From: an uncultured Clostridia bacterium
GTDB taxonomy: Bacteria > Bacillota > Clostridia > Christensenellales > CAG-917
Reading direction: 5' to 3'
Assembly: GCA_934277615.1 (NCBI GenBank)
Contig: CAKQUV010000002.1
Span: forward strand, 98,855-162,854
Length of the DNA: 64,000 nucleotides
Shown here: piece by piece, positions 1-8,764 of the stretch
How the letters are laid out: each line of letters opens with the position of its first letter
Numbering within the stretch: position 1 is the first letter of the stretch
Made by a program: the position numbers and the translations under genes
Notes under the pieces: model-generated
What the model was told of the DNA's origin: nothing
Database searches by the model: none
What the model saw: only the letters and a program-made list of their open reading frames with translations

Positions 1-155
1 ACTGTAGATAAGCGAAAGCACCCGCCAAAATCTATTCTGCGGGTGCATATAATAGAAATTGTTTTCCACCGATTTGACGGACGGAACGCTGCCCAGTATA
101 AGAGTGGTGCAATTGTCGTCTATGACGGGCGGAAACGGGTGTTTTACGTGTCTTA

Positions 156-1781
156 TCATTTTACGATATACACTTTGGTTTGGTGCTTTTCAAGTGCGAT
201 TTTCACCGTGCCGTCGCTCTCAATCGTTTCGTCAATCCATTGATTGCGCAAGGTGTAATGCGAGGCTTGTTTCATCGACACGTATTCGTCCTTGCAAAGC
301 GAGTTGAGGTTGAATTTGACGCTTGCGCCGTGCGAGGATTTGTTGAAGAAACAAAGGGCGGTAGAGCCGTCCGCAAGCGGCTTTGCAAGCACGTCCACGG
401 TGCCTTTTTTGACGCGTTTAGCCTGTTTTGCAAGCGAGTCTTGGTTGATTGCAATGAGGTTTTTATTGGTTACGATTTCCTTCACCTTGTCGCTCATATT
501 TCTCAAATCGTTGCCGAGAATGAGCGGCGAATTCATCATACACCAAAGCGAAAAGTGCGACACGTTCTGATTGTACGTCAACTTGCCGTTGCCCACTTCG
601 AGCATATCGGGATCGTTGTAGTGCCCTTTGCTCGAGTATTTGTAAAGTTTTACGGTATGCTCGTATATGAGCTTGATCCACCACCACCAAGGACGGATAT
701 CGGGAGTAGTACGCCACAAATTGCCTGCTTTTGCGCCCCAGTTGTACGGCTTACCCCAGCCCCATTCGCATATGGAGAAAACAATCGGTTTTTCCTTCTG
801 TTTGCGCTCTTTTGCAACTCTTGCGGTTGCGGCTTTGAGCGCGTTTCCCATACGCAGATATTGATACATTTCGCTGTCCGCATTTGATGTTACGGGATTG
901 AAAAGTTTGATTGTGTTCTTGCCTGCTTTGAGCGTTACGAGCACTTGGAAGCGCGCCGTAACGTTGAAACGCTTTTGCGGAGGGAAGAGAAGTTCGTATT
1001 GCTTGTCGTCGTTGATTTTGGCAATGAGGTATTTCTCGTAACTTCCGTGTTTTTTAATATTGACGGTAAGCACGTATTCGCCGTCCTCGTCCACTTCGAT
1101 GTTGTTGTAGGTGATAGAGCCGAGGTTTGCGTCAAGTCCGGACACGTAACTGCCGCTGGGAAGTTTGGTATCCGTCATGAATCTTGCAAGACCACCCAAA
1201 ACAGCGTTGTGAACGGAATATTCGATGGGATGTCCGTCAAATTGCGAAATGCTTATAGAATACACAAGCGGCGCATATTTGGACACGGGAATATGATGAC
1301 AATAGTCGTACTTAAAGTACTCGACGCCCCATTTTGCAAGCGTGTAAGCGTCGTATTGCTCTCTGCCGAGGCTTGCGGGCAAATCTTCGCAAGTGAGCGT
1401 GCCGTTTGAAGTGTATGCGCCAAGTTTCAAGCCCATTGCGTTGACTTTTTTGGCAAGGCTTTCGATGCCGCTTGGGAAAGTTTCGTAATCTCCGACAAGT
1501 TCGCCGTTTTCGTCGCGCAAAGAGGATTGCCAGCAATCGTCGAGATTGATATATTTGTATCCTGCCTCGATAAGACCATTGTCCTTCATCGCCTGCGCTG
1601 TTTCGAGAATTAGTTTCTCGTTTATGCGGTTGCGAAAGGTATTCCAACTCGACCAACCCATAGGGGGAGTGAGCGCAACGCCGTTGGAGTAGTCCTCCAA
1701 ATCGGGATTGACGCTTGTCGGTTTCTTCTTGATGAAGAGGGAGCGGATGTAGCAAAACGGACACATATTATTGCGTTTCAT
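156..1781 (-). CDS. alpha-galactosidase, glycoside hydrolase family 27-like
   Basis: 541-aa ORF with MGWSSWN and NLDDCWQ motifs typical of GH27 catalytic domains. AGGTGA Shine-Dalgarno (SD) lies before the ATG at 1781. Confidence 0.85.
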   Translation of the reverse strand: MKRNNMCPFCYIRSLFIKKKPTSVNPDLEDYSNGVALTPPMGWSSWNTFRNRINEKLILETAQAMKDNGLIEAGYKYINLDDCWQSSLRDENGELVGDYETFPSGIESLAKKVNAMGLKLGAYTSNGTLTCEDLPASLGREQYDAYTLAKWGVEYFKYDYCHHIPVSKYAPLVYSISISQFDGHPIEYSVHNAVLGGLARFMTDTKLPSGSYVSGLDANLGSITYNNIEVDEDGEYVLTVNIKKHGSYEKYLIAKINDDKQYELLFPPQKRFNVTARFQVLVTLKAGKNTIKLFNPVTSNADSEMYQYLRMGNALKAATARVAKERKQKEKPIVFSICEWGWGKPYNWGAKAGNLWRTTPDIRPWWWWIKLIYEHTVKLYKYSSKGHYNDPDMLEVGNGKLTYNQNVSHFSLWCMMNSPLILGNDLRNMSDKVKEIVTNKNLIAINQDSLAKQAKRVKKGTVDVLAKPLADGSTALCFFNKSSHGASVKFNLNSLCKDEYVSMKQASHYTLRNQWIDETIESDGTVKIALEKHQTKVYIVK

Positions 1782-1825
1782 ATTTCACCTGTTGTTGATT
1801 TTTTATAGCAAAAATTGCTTGATTT

Positions 1826-4738
1826 TTATTTGATTTTGGGTGCTTTTACGCGCATTTTTGCGTCGAGGCGTTCAAACTTGTTCTCTATGCTTTCGCCGTG
1901 TTCGAGCTTGATTTGATTCATAATCGCAACAAATCCCACGTACAAAACGGTAAGCACGGCGCATATCGCAAGCATGGCTTTGCCCATTTCCCACGTTACG
2001 TGATTATCGAGCTTGAAGAAAGTGCGCAAAAGCCCCACTACATCGATGACTTGCCCTTTGTAGTTGACGTTGATGGATATGAAGTACACGCCAACGAATA
2101 TAAACACCATAAGAAGATAGGTTACAAGGTTGAGCACGATAAGCCATTTGGACTTGTTCACCTTGTGTTTACGCTTTTTGACGGGTTCCTCGCCGTTTTT
2201 AATGCGTTCTCGCTCTTTCATAAGGTCGCTTATTCCGAAGAACGCTGACCAACTTGCAAGCCTTGTAGGCAAGGATACCTTGAAAAGGAGCAAGAAGCCC
2301 ACAAAAGTGATAACCCATATGAACACCGTCTTGGATTGCATATCCGTAAGGTCGGTGAGGAAGAATCGATTGCACAGTATTACGGCAATTGCGCCGAACA
2401 GCACCGTAATTCCGCCGGGTATAGCGTTTGACAGCACTTTTGGCAAGAATCTGCCCGTAACTCTGTCCGCATTGGGCTCGAGAGCAAGCACGACGGAGGG
2501 AATTCCGATTGTTACCGCGCCCATAATGGTGAGGTTTTGCGGAGTGAAGGGGAGTGGATCCACCACAATCATAAACAACAGCGCAAGCAGCGTGTTGTAA
2601 ATGGTTTTCATAATGTACAAGGCGGCGGAACGTTCAAGGTTGTTGATAGAACGTCTGCCCTCTGCCACAACTCTCGGCATAGAGGAAAAATTGCTGTCCA
2701 AAAGCACGAGCGAGCTTACGTTTTTCGCAGCGTCCGAGCCTGACGCCATAGCCACAGAGCAGTCCGCCTCTTTGAGCGCAAGCACGTCGTTTACGCCGTC
2801 GCCTGTCATCGCAACGGTATGTCCTGCCTTTTTGAGCGCCTTTACAAGCATAAGTTTTTGGTCGGGCAAAACTCTGCCGAAAATAGTGTATTTGGTTGCC
2901 GCCTCATACACTTCCTCTTCCGTTGTGAGGGTGGACATATCTATGATGTTGTCGCAATCTTCCAAGCCTGCGCGCATAGCAACGGCACGCACTGTTTGCG
3001 GGTTGTCGCCCGATATGACTTTGACCGTAACGCCCTCTTGTTTGAAGAATCTGAGCGTATCGGGAGCCTCGTCTCTTATCTTGTCGGTGATGTATACAAA
3101 ACTTTCTAATTTAAGCGATTTGGGCAATTCGTTGTCGCCGAATTTGTTTTTCGACGAGGCGATTACCATAACGCGATAGCCCTTTTGAGCCATCTCGTCC
3201 GTGGTATGCTCGAGAGCTTTGGTCTTTTTTCTGAACACAAATTCGGGTGCGCCTATGACATAGGATACGCCGTCTATTCTTGCGCCCGACCACTTGCGTT
3301 GAGAGGAGAACGGCACTATTTGCTCAACTTCTCCGCTTGACTCTACGTCTTGCACGTACGCGCGCAAAGCGTTTACGGTGGCGTTGTCGTCGCTAAGTGC
3401 GCTTGTAACGTTTTTGATAATCTGCTTAATCTGTTCTTCGTCGCGATTTTTGCTCGGCTCTATACCGTTTACGTCCATAGTGCCTTCCGTAATCGTACCG
3501 GTTTTGTCGAGGCAAAGCACGTCCACACGCGCCAAAGTTTCTACGCAATAGAGGTCTTGAGCAAGCGTTTTATGGCGTGAAAGACGTATAACGCTCACGC
3601 AAAATACCGTTGAAGAGAGCGCAACTAGTCCCGACGGAATCATGCCTATGACCGTCGCTATCGTGCCGAGCACGGTTGAAGAGAGGTGCTTGCTGATTTT
3701 GTAGCCGAGAAGGGTGGTGATGATTTTGTCCGCCTCCTCGGGGTTTTTCTGCAAGAAGAATTTGATGCAGAACAGCATAATTCCCAGCGGAACGATAATG
3801 GATGCCATCACCTTGACGATAAGCATAAGCGAGCGCCAAATCTCGCTGTTGGGCTTTTTGAAATATTTTGCGCCTGCGCTGATTTTGGATACGAAATTGT
3901 CCATACCGACGTGTTCAACCTGCGCTTTTGCGTTGCCGGAAACAACAAAACTTCCCGACATAATCTCGTCGCCAACGTTTTTGAGTATGGAATCCGGCTC
4001 GCCGGTAATAAGGCTTTCGTTGACCTCGATAGAGCCTTCCGTTACCACTGCGTCCGCGCAAATCTGGCTTCCGCTTGCAAGCAGCGTTATATCGTCCAGA
4101 ACAATGTCTTTTATGGCGATTTCCTTTTCCTCGCCGTCGCGGAGTACGGTTGCTTTGGGGGCGGATAGCAAGGAAAGTTTGTCAATCGTGCGCTTTGCAC
4201 GCAATTCTTGGAGAATACCCACCAAAGCGTTGAAAATAATGAGCAACATAAAGCTGAAATTGCCCAAAACCGTCAGAGGACTCTCGCCGGCGTCGACAAA
4301 GAAGAATATAAGAACCGCAAGAAGTATGAATACAAAATTGAAAAACGTAACGATGTTTTCACGCAAAATTTGCGCCACGCTCTTTGTTTTTACGTTTTGG
4401 TCGCCGTTGACCTTGCCTTGCGCAATGCGCTCGTCCACTTGCGATTGCGAAAGCCCTTTTTCGACGTCTGTTACAAAGCGCGACTCTTGCGCTTGTTCGA
4501 CGGCTTGAGTATCGGTATTTTCGGCGAAGTTCGCCTCGCCGTTTTCCTCATTCGAGGATATGACAAAATCGGGCGATTTTATATCGTCCTCGATTTGCTC
4601 GGCGTGCGCATTATTGCAATTTACCGAGGGGTTATCTTCTATGACTTCGCTCTCGACGTATTCGATGTCGGGCGCAGTTTTTTTGCGTTTTTTAGAGGGG
4701 GTTGGCATTCTCCGTCGTCCCTTTGCGATGGTTCGCAC
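1826..4738 (-). CDS. cation-transporting P-type ATPase (Ca2+/Mg2+-type, HAD superfamily)
   Basis: DKTGTITEG phosphorylation motif, ITGEPD actuator motif, MTGDGVNDVLALKEAD hinge and multiple TM segments. Start is ambiguous (GTG 4738 or ATG 4708). The N-terminal ~100 aa are acidic and disordered. Confidence 0.9.
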   Translation of the reverse strand: MRTIAKGRRRMPTPSKKRKKTAPDIEYVESEVIEDNPSVNCNNAHAEQIEDDIKSPDFVISSNEENGEANFAENTDTQAVEQAQESRFVTDVEKGLSQSQVDERIAQGKVNGDQNVKTKSVAQILRENIVTFFNFVFILLAVLIFFFVDAGESPLTVLGNFSFMLLIIFNALVGILQELRAKRTIDKLSLLSAPKATVLRDGEEKEIAIKDIVLDDITLLASGSQICADAVVTEGSIEVNESLITGEPDSILKNVGDEIMSGSFVVSGNAKAQVEHVGMDNFVSKISAGAKYFKKPNSEIWRSLMLIVKVMASIIVPLGIMLFCIKFFLQKNPEEADKIITTLLGYKISKHLSSTVLGTIATVIGMIPSGLVALSSTVFCVSVIRLSRHKTLAQDLYCVETLARVDVLCLDKTGTITEGTMDVNGIEPSKNRDEEQIKQIIKNVTSALSDDNATVNALRAYVQDVESSGEVEQIVPFSSQRKWSGARIDGVSYVIGAPEFVFRKKTKALEHTTDEMAQKGYRVMVIASSKNKFGDNELPKSLKLESFVYITDKIRDEAPDTLRFFKQEGVTVKVISGDNPQTVRAVAMRAGLEDCDNIIDMSTLTTEEEVYEAATKYTIFGRVLPDQKLMLVKALKKAGHTVAMTGDGVNDVLALKEADCSVAMASGSDAAKNVSSLVLLDSNFSSMPRVVAEGRRSINNLERSAALYIMKTIYNTLLALLFMIVVDPLPFTPQNLTIMGAVTIGIPSVVLALEPNADRVTGRFLPKVLSNAIPGGITVLFGAIAVILCNRFFLTDLTDMQSKTVFIWVITFVGFLLLFKVSLPTRLASWSAFFGISDLMKERERIKNGEEPVKKRKHKVNKSKWLIVLNLVTYLLMVFIFVGVYFISINVNYKGQVIDVVGLLRTFFKLDNHVTWEMGKAMLAICAVLTVLYVGFVAIMNQIKLEHGESIENKFERLDAKMRVKAPKIK

Positions 4739-4861
4739 ACATTTAATATTATAAATTATTATAACATAACTATAAAATATTACAATACAAAATATCCGCT
4801 TTTAGCGGCTTTTGTGCGTGTTTTTTGAATAATAGCTATTTTTTGAGCATATATTTTGCGT

Positions 4862-5527
4862 ATGAAAAGAAAAATTGTATTGATTTCGGTTGCAATACTC
4901 GTTTTGATATGCGCGCTCGCATGCTTTGTTGCTTGCAACAAAAACAAAAAACAAGAACAGTCCGACAACGTTTCGAGACTCACCGAGGCGTACTATGCGG
5001 GCGAGAGCGATACCTTCGCCGTATCCGTTGAAAAGGGCAGAAGAGAAAAGAATTTTATCGCAGACGGCACTGCAACGGATGTGGCGGATTTTTGCGAGAT
5101 AAATATCCAACCTCTCAAAACCAACGAATACGAAAAAATCACCTATGTTTTGAGCGGACAAGACAGCACGCTTTCGGGTGAGTTGACAGGCGGTACTTTC
5201 GGCGAATTTACGGCATCTATCGCGTTGGATTTTGTTCCCGACAAGATTACGGTGTCGGCAGGCAAGGAGCAAAGCGAGATTGATTTATGCTCTGTTTTAG
5301 ACGGTGCGCTCACCTCGCAAGACGTCATAAATATTGCCAAAAAAGAGTTCAAAGAAAAGATTGACGCAGAGTATTCCGAGGGCAAAGCCGACCGTGAAAT
5401 TTACGTCAAACTCATCACCGCCGACCGCACCAATTATTACTATTACGTGTCTTTCATCGGCGACGGCACGGACTACTGGGCAATGCTTGTAGACATCAAG
5501 ACGGGCGCAATCGTGTCGAAGAAATAA
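4862..5527 (+). CDS. putative lipoprotein, unknown function
   Basis: MKRKIVLISVAILVLICALACFVAC signal peptide with lipobox Cys. The track start at 4856 is TTG; the ATG at 4862 is preferred. No clear SD. Confidence 0.6.
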   Translation: MKRKIVLISVAILVLICALACFVACNKNKKQEQSDNVSRLTEAYYAGESDTFAVSVEKGRREKNFIADGTATDVADFCEINIQPLKTNEYEKITYVLSGQDSTLSGELTGGTFGEFTASIALDFVPDKITVSAGKEQSEIDLCSVLDGALTSQDVINIAKKEFKEKIDAEYSEGKADREIYVKLITADRTNYYYYVSFIGDGTDYWAMLVDIKTGAIVSKK

Positions 5528-5547
5528 AAGGATAGGCAAAGCCGACC

Positions 5548-6240
5548 TTAATTAATAATTAATAATTACGGAAGGCATAGCCTTATCTGAACGCACACTC
5601 ATTCGTAGTCTACTTATAAATGGTATATGCTTATTCGAAGTTGGAGGCGCAAGGCGCCGACCGCACCGAGCGTCGAGCTTGCGTCACACACAAGGCTTTT
5701 AGCCACAATTGTCACTCGTGCCAATTGCTTGCTTTTTGCCTTGGTGCTCCTTCTTTCCTTCACACAAAAGACTGCGCTTTCATCTTATATATTGCGCTTT
5801 CGTTCGCTTGTCTTTTGTGTGTGGAAGCCTTGTGGGTGCAGTACAAGCGACTGCGCAGTGTTGTTGCGTAGCCGGCGCACAAAGCGAAGTGGCATAATGA
5901 GAGGAATGTCCCTATCTATGCGCGTGCCGTAAGGAGCGAAGCGACGGAATAGCGATTGCTACGAAGTCAATCGCGTCGTGTGTCCCCCTGCGGAGCAGTT
6001 CCGTGGGTTCCCTCAAACGAAGTGCGGAGGGGGAACGGAATATGGGCGCGACGCGTTAAGCAACACATCCGGTGAATGTGTTGTAGCCAAAGCGAACGAG
6101 GCGGATTGCGGTGCGCAAACGCCGAAGTCCAAACACCGTGAGGAAGGGGGGGGAAAAAAAGTTGCATTTAATAGTATTTTTAGAAATACCGGCGTGTCCG
6201 GAAAGATGGGGTTATTGCATTTAAGGAGTTACGACGCACT
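5548..6240 (+). repeat. mosaic hairpin-rich intergenic element, copy 1 of 3 (~0.7 kb)
   Basis: Starts with a TTAATTAATAATTAATAATT leader 20 nt after the upstream stop. Long blocks are near-identical to 56936-57535 (same strand) and 33361-33887 (reverse complement). Examples: GCTTATTCGAAGTTGGAGGCGCAAGGCGCC, GCGCGACGCGTTAAGCAACACAT...GAATGTGTTGTAGCCAAAGCGAACGAGGCGGATTGCGGTGCGCAAACGCCGAAGT, CCGGCGTGTCCGGAAAG. Confidence 0.75.
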
Positions 6241-6282
6241 TTATTTTACTGTTTTCTTACGCACTAAACGACTTTTGCTCAT

Positions 6283-6312
6283 AAAAAAAACGCTCCAGAA
6301 AGAGCGTTTTTT
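6283..6312. terminator. bidirectional intrinsic terminator (upstream lipoprotein unit / hup)
   Basis: A8 - CGCTC cagaaa GAGCG - T6 hairpin between convergent genes. Confidence 0.7.
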
Positions 6313-6330
6313 ATTGTTGTATCAAAGTAA

Positions 6331-6603
6331 TTAGTTGAACAAATCTTTGAAAGCTTTGCCGAATTTGACGACCGGTGCTTTGCTTGCTGCGATCGTGATG
6401 GGTTGCTTGGTGAGAGGATTGAAGCCTTGTCTTTCCGCTTTTTCTTTTACTTCGTAGGAACCGAAGTTTGCGATTGCGACCTTGTCGCCTGCCTTCAATG
6501 CTTCTGCGATGACTGCGGTATATGCGTCAACTGCTGCTGTTGCGTCCTTGATGGAAAGATCGGCTTTTGCTGCCACTGCTTTGATAAATTCTGTTTTGTT
6601 CAT
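6331..6603 (-). CDS. hup: HU family DNA-binding protein
   Basis: 90-aa product MNKTEFIKAVA...GFNPLTKQPITIAASKAPVVKFGKAFKD is a typical HU. AAGGAGG SD precedes the ATG at 6603, so the longer track ORF (to 6681) is rejected. Confidence 0.92.
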   Translation of the reverse strand: MNKTEFIKAVAAKADLSIKDATAAVDAYTAVIAEALKAGDKVAIANFGSYEVKEKAERQGFNPLTKQPITIAASKAPVVKFGKAFKDLFN

Positions 6604-6953
6604 ATTAGACCTCCTTGGGGTTATGCTGACATTATAGAGGAAAACCGCACGCTTTGCAATACCTTTTTTCATTTTTGCCACTGAATAGTGGAATTATAAG
6701 CAAATTTTAAGAATTGCCGCCGAGTATTTATACAAATGTATCGATATTTTGGCACTGATTTGTCAAAAATATAGACAGGAAAGGGAAAATGCAAATCCGA
6801 GCGGCGCAATAACACCGTGAGAACGTATCGAAACCTGCGGCAAAACAGTCAAAACGGCAGGGAAGAGCTTAAAAAGCGCGTTTCAAAATCGCAAACTTGT
6901 CTTGTATTTGACAATATAGGATATTTGTATAGTTTACTCACTAACTTTTGGTA

Positions 6954-6982
6954 TTTACAACGCACGCGAGGTTTGATATAAT
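6954..6982 (+). promoter_or_regulatory. sigma-70-type promoter for the aminotransferase gene
   Basis: TTTACA (6954-6959), 17-nt spacer, extended -10 TGaTATAAT (6974-6982). Confidence 0.5.
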
Positions 6983-7017
6983 TTTAGTAATAAAAAACAT
7001 CTTTTCGGAGGTAAATT

Positions 7018-8640
7018 ATGGCAAACGGCTACGGCATTTCCAAATGGGAAGACGCAAAGCAAATCAATAAAGAATTGAAGAATTTGACAGACCAACCGAT
7101 TTATTGTGTGTCTGAGGAAAATCTCAAACAAATTTTGGAACATTTCAACACCAAATGTGCAAAATCCAAAGAGATTACCACTGAGGCGAAGAAGTATATC
7201 CCGGGCGGCGTTCAACACAACCTCGCTTTCAACTTCCCCTTCCCGATGTGTATGGAAAAAGCCGAAGGCGCATATTTGTACGACCGTGACGGCAATCAAT
7301 ACATTGACTTCCTTCAAGCAGGCGGCCCGACGATTTTGGGCAGCAATTTCCCTGCGGTAAAAGAAAAAGTGTTTGAACTTCTCAACACTTGCGGTCCTGT
7401 AACAGGTCTTTTCCATGAAGGCGAACTTCTCCTTGCAAAGAAGATTAGCGAATTGATGCCCGCTTGCGAAATGTTCCGTATGCTCGGCTCCGGTACAGAG
7501 TCCGTTATGGCGGCAATCCGTGTGGCACGTTGCGCAACCAAGAAAAAACGCATCATCAAAGTCGGCGGCGCATATCACGGCTGGTCGGATCAAATGGTTT
7601 ACGGTCTTAAGATTCCCGGAAGCAGACAATTCCTCGAATCTCACGGCATCCCCGGCTCCTACAAGACCACGGACGAAGTCAGACCAAACGACCTCGGCAT
7701 GCTCGAAGCAATGCTCAAACGCAACGTCGCAAAGGGCGGCACGGCAGCTGTTATCGTAGAACCTGTCGGTCCCGAATCCGGTACTCGTCCAATCGATTTC
7801 GATTACAACGAGAAAGCAAGAATTCTTGCCAAGAAATACGGCGCATTGTTCATCTTCGACGAAGTTGTTACAGGCTTCAGAGTCGGCGTACACGGCGCGG
7901 CAGGCTACTTCTTCGGCGACAAATACAAAGTTGACGATACTCCCGTATTTATCGACGGCAAGCCGTGGATCATCCAAGACAAGAAACTCGTTGACGGCAA
8001 AGTCGTCAAATTCAAACGCCAAGGCACGGGCAGAGATATGTATCCCGACCTCACGGTATTCGGCAAGATCGTTGCAGGCGGCTATCCGGCAGCAGGCGGC
8101 GTAGGCGGCAAGAGGGAATACGTCAGCCTTATGGCGGCAGGTCTTGCAGGTATGGGCAAGAAAGCATACGTCGGCGGAACGCTCGCTGCAAACCCGCTCA
8201 GCTCTTATGCAGGATACGTTGCGATTTGCGAAATCGAGAAGAACAACGCTTGCGAAATCGCAGGTCGTGCAGGCGATCGCCTCGCAGCAGGTCTTAAACA
8301 ACTCATCAAGAAGTACAATCTCCCGTACGTCGTTTACAACCAAGGCTCCATCGTTCACCTCGAGTGCACGGGCGCAATGAGTTATGACTTCAGCAATATG
8401 TGCTTGCTCGGATCCGTCATCCCGATGCTCAAGAAGAAACCCGAAATGCTCCGCAGAAAGGTTGCTATGGAACAAATGGGCGCGGCATATATGGCAAACG
8501 GTATCGTTACGCTCGCAGGCAGCCGCCTTTACACCTCAATGGCAGACACTGACGAAATCATCGACGAGGCACTCCGCCGCTTCGACAACGTGTTCAAGAA
8601 CGTTGTAAAATGCGAGGACGCATCCAGATTTGAAAAATAA
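7018..8640 (+). CDS. class-III PLP-dependent aminotransferase / glutamate-1-semialdehyde aminomutase-like
   Basis: GGAYHGW, FIFDEVVTGFR and a Schiff-base lysine context PDLTVFGKIVAGGYP. GGAGG SD. Carries a ~45-aa insertion (KYKVDDTPVFIDGKPWIIQDKKLVDGKVVKFKRQGTGRDMY) before the lysine motif. Confidence 0.85.
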   Translation: MANGYGISKWEDAKQINKELKNLTDQPIYCVSEENLKQILEHFNTKCAKSKEITTEAKKYIPGGVQHNLAFNFPFPMCMEKAEGAYLYDRDGNQYIDFLQAGGPTILGSNFPAVKEKVFELLNTCGPVTGLFHEGELLLAKKISELMPACEMFRMLGSGTESVMAAIRVARCATKKKRIIKVGGAYHGWSDQMVYGLKIPGSRQFLESHGIPGSYKTTDEVRPNDLGMLEAMLKRNVAKGGTAAVIVEPVGPESGTRPIDFDYNEKARILAKKYGALFIFDEVVTGFRVGVHGAAGYFFGDKYKVDDTPVFIDGKPWIIQDKKLVDGKVVKFKRQGTGRDMYPDLTVFGKIVAGGYPAAGGVGGKREYVSLMAAGLAGMGKKAYVGGTLAANPLSSYAGYVAICEIEKNNACEIAGRAGDRLAAGLKQLIKKYNLPYVVYNQGSIVHLECTGAMSYDFSNMCLLGSVIPMLKKKPEMLRRKVAMEQMGAAYMANGIVTLAGSRLYTSMADTDEIIDEALRRFDNVFKNVVKCEDASRFEK

Positions 8641-8650
8641 TCGATAAAGC

Positions 8651-8681
8651 GTTGGCGCACGATTGTGCGCCAACAATTTTA
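8651..8681 (+). terminator. weak hairpin / possible attenuating terminator
   Basis: GTTGGCGCAC gatt GTGCGCCAAC followed by AATTTTAT. Confidence 0.4.
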
Positions 8682-8764
8682 TGTTTGCTTTTTTTGCAAT
8701 GTTTGGTATAATATTGCAAAAGGCAATAATATATCATTGCAATAAGCAGTTTTAGGAGAATAGT

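Noticed and set aside
5620-5932. 83-101-aa ORFs in the mosaic repeat, with near-identical counterparts at 56994-57272 and 57130-57378.
   Set aside because: They lie in a hairpin-dense repeat and have no SD. The module is absent from the third copy. The products are Cys/Leu/Phe-rich nonsense-like sequence, and the similarity is explained by DNA repeat identity.
6955-8475. 506-aa minus-strand ORF antisense to the aminotransferase. Similar long antisense ORFs occur at 26302-27846 (clpB), 29292-30851 (ABC), 43153-44340, 40285-41211, 53835-55040, 54652-55638, 51943-52788 and 44681-45553.
   Set aside because: All overlap well-supported genes on the other strand. They lack SD sequences and have implausible composition.
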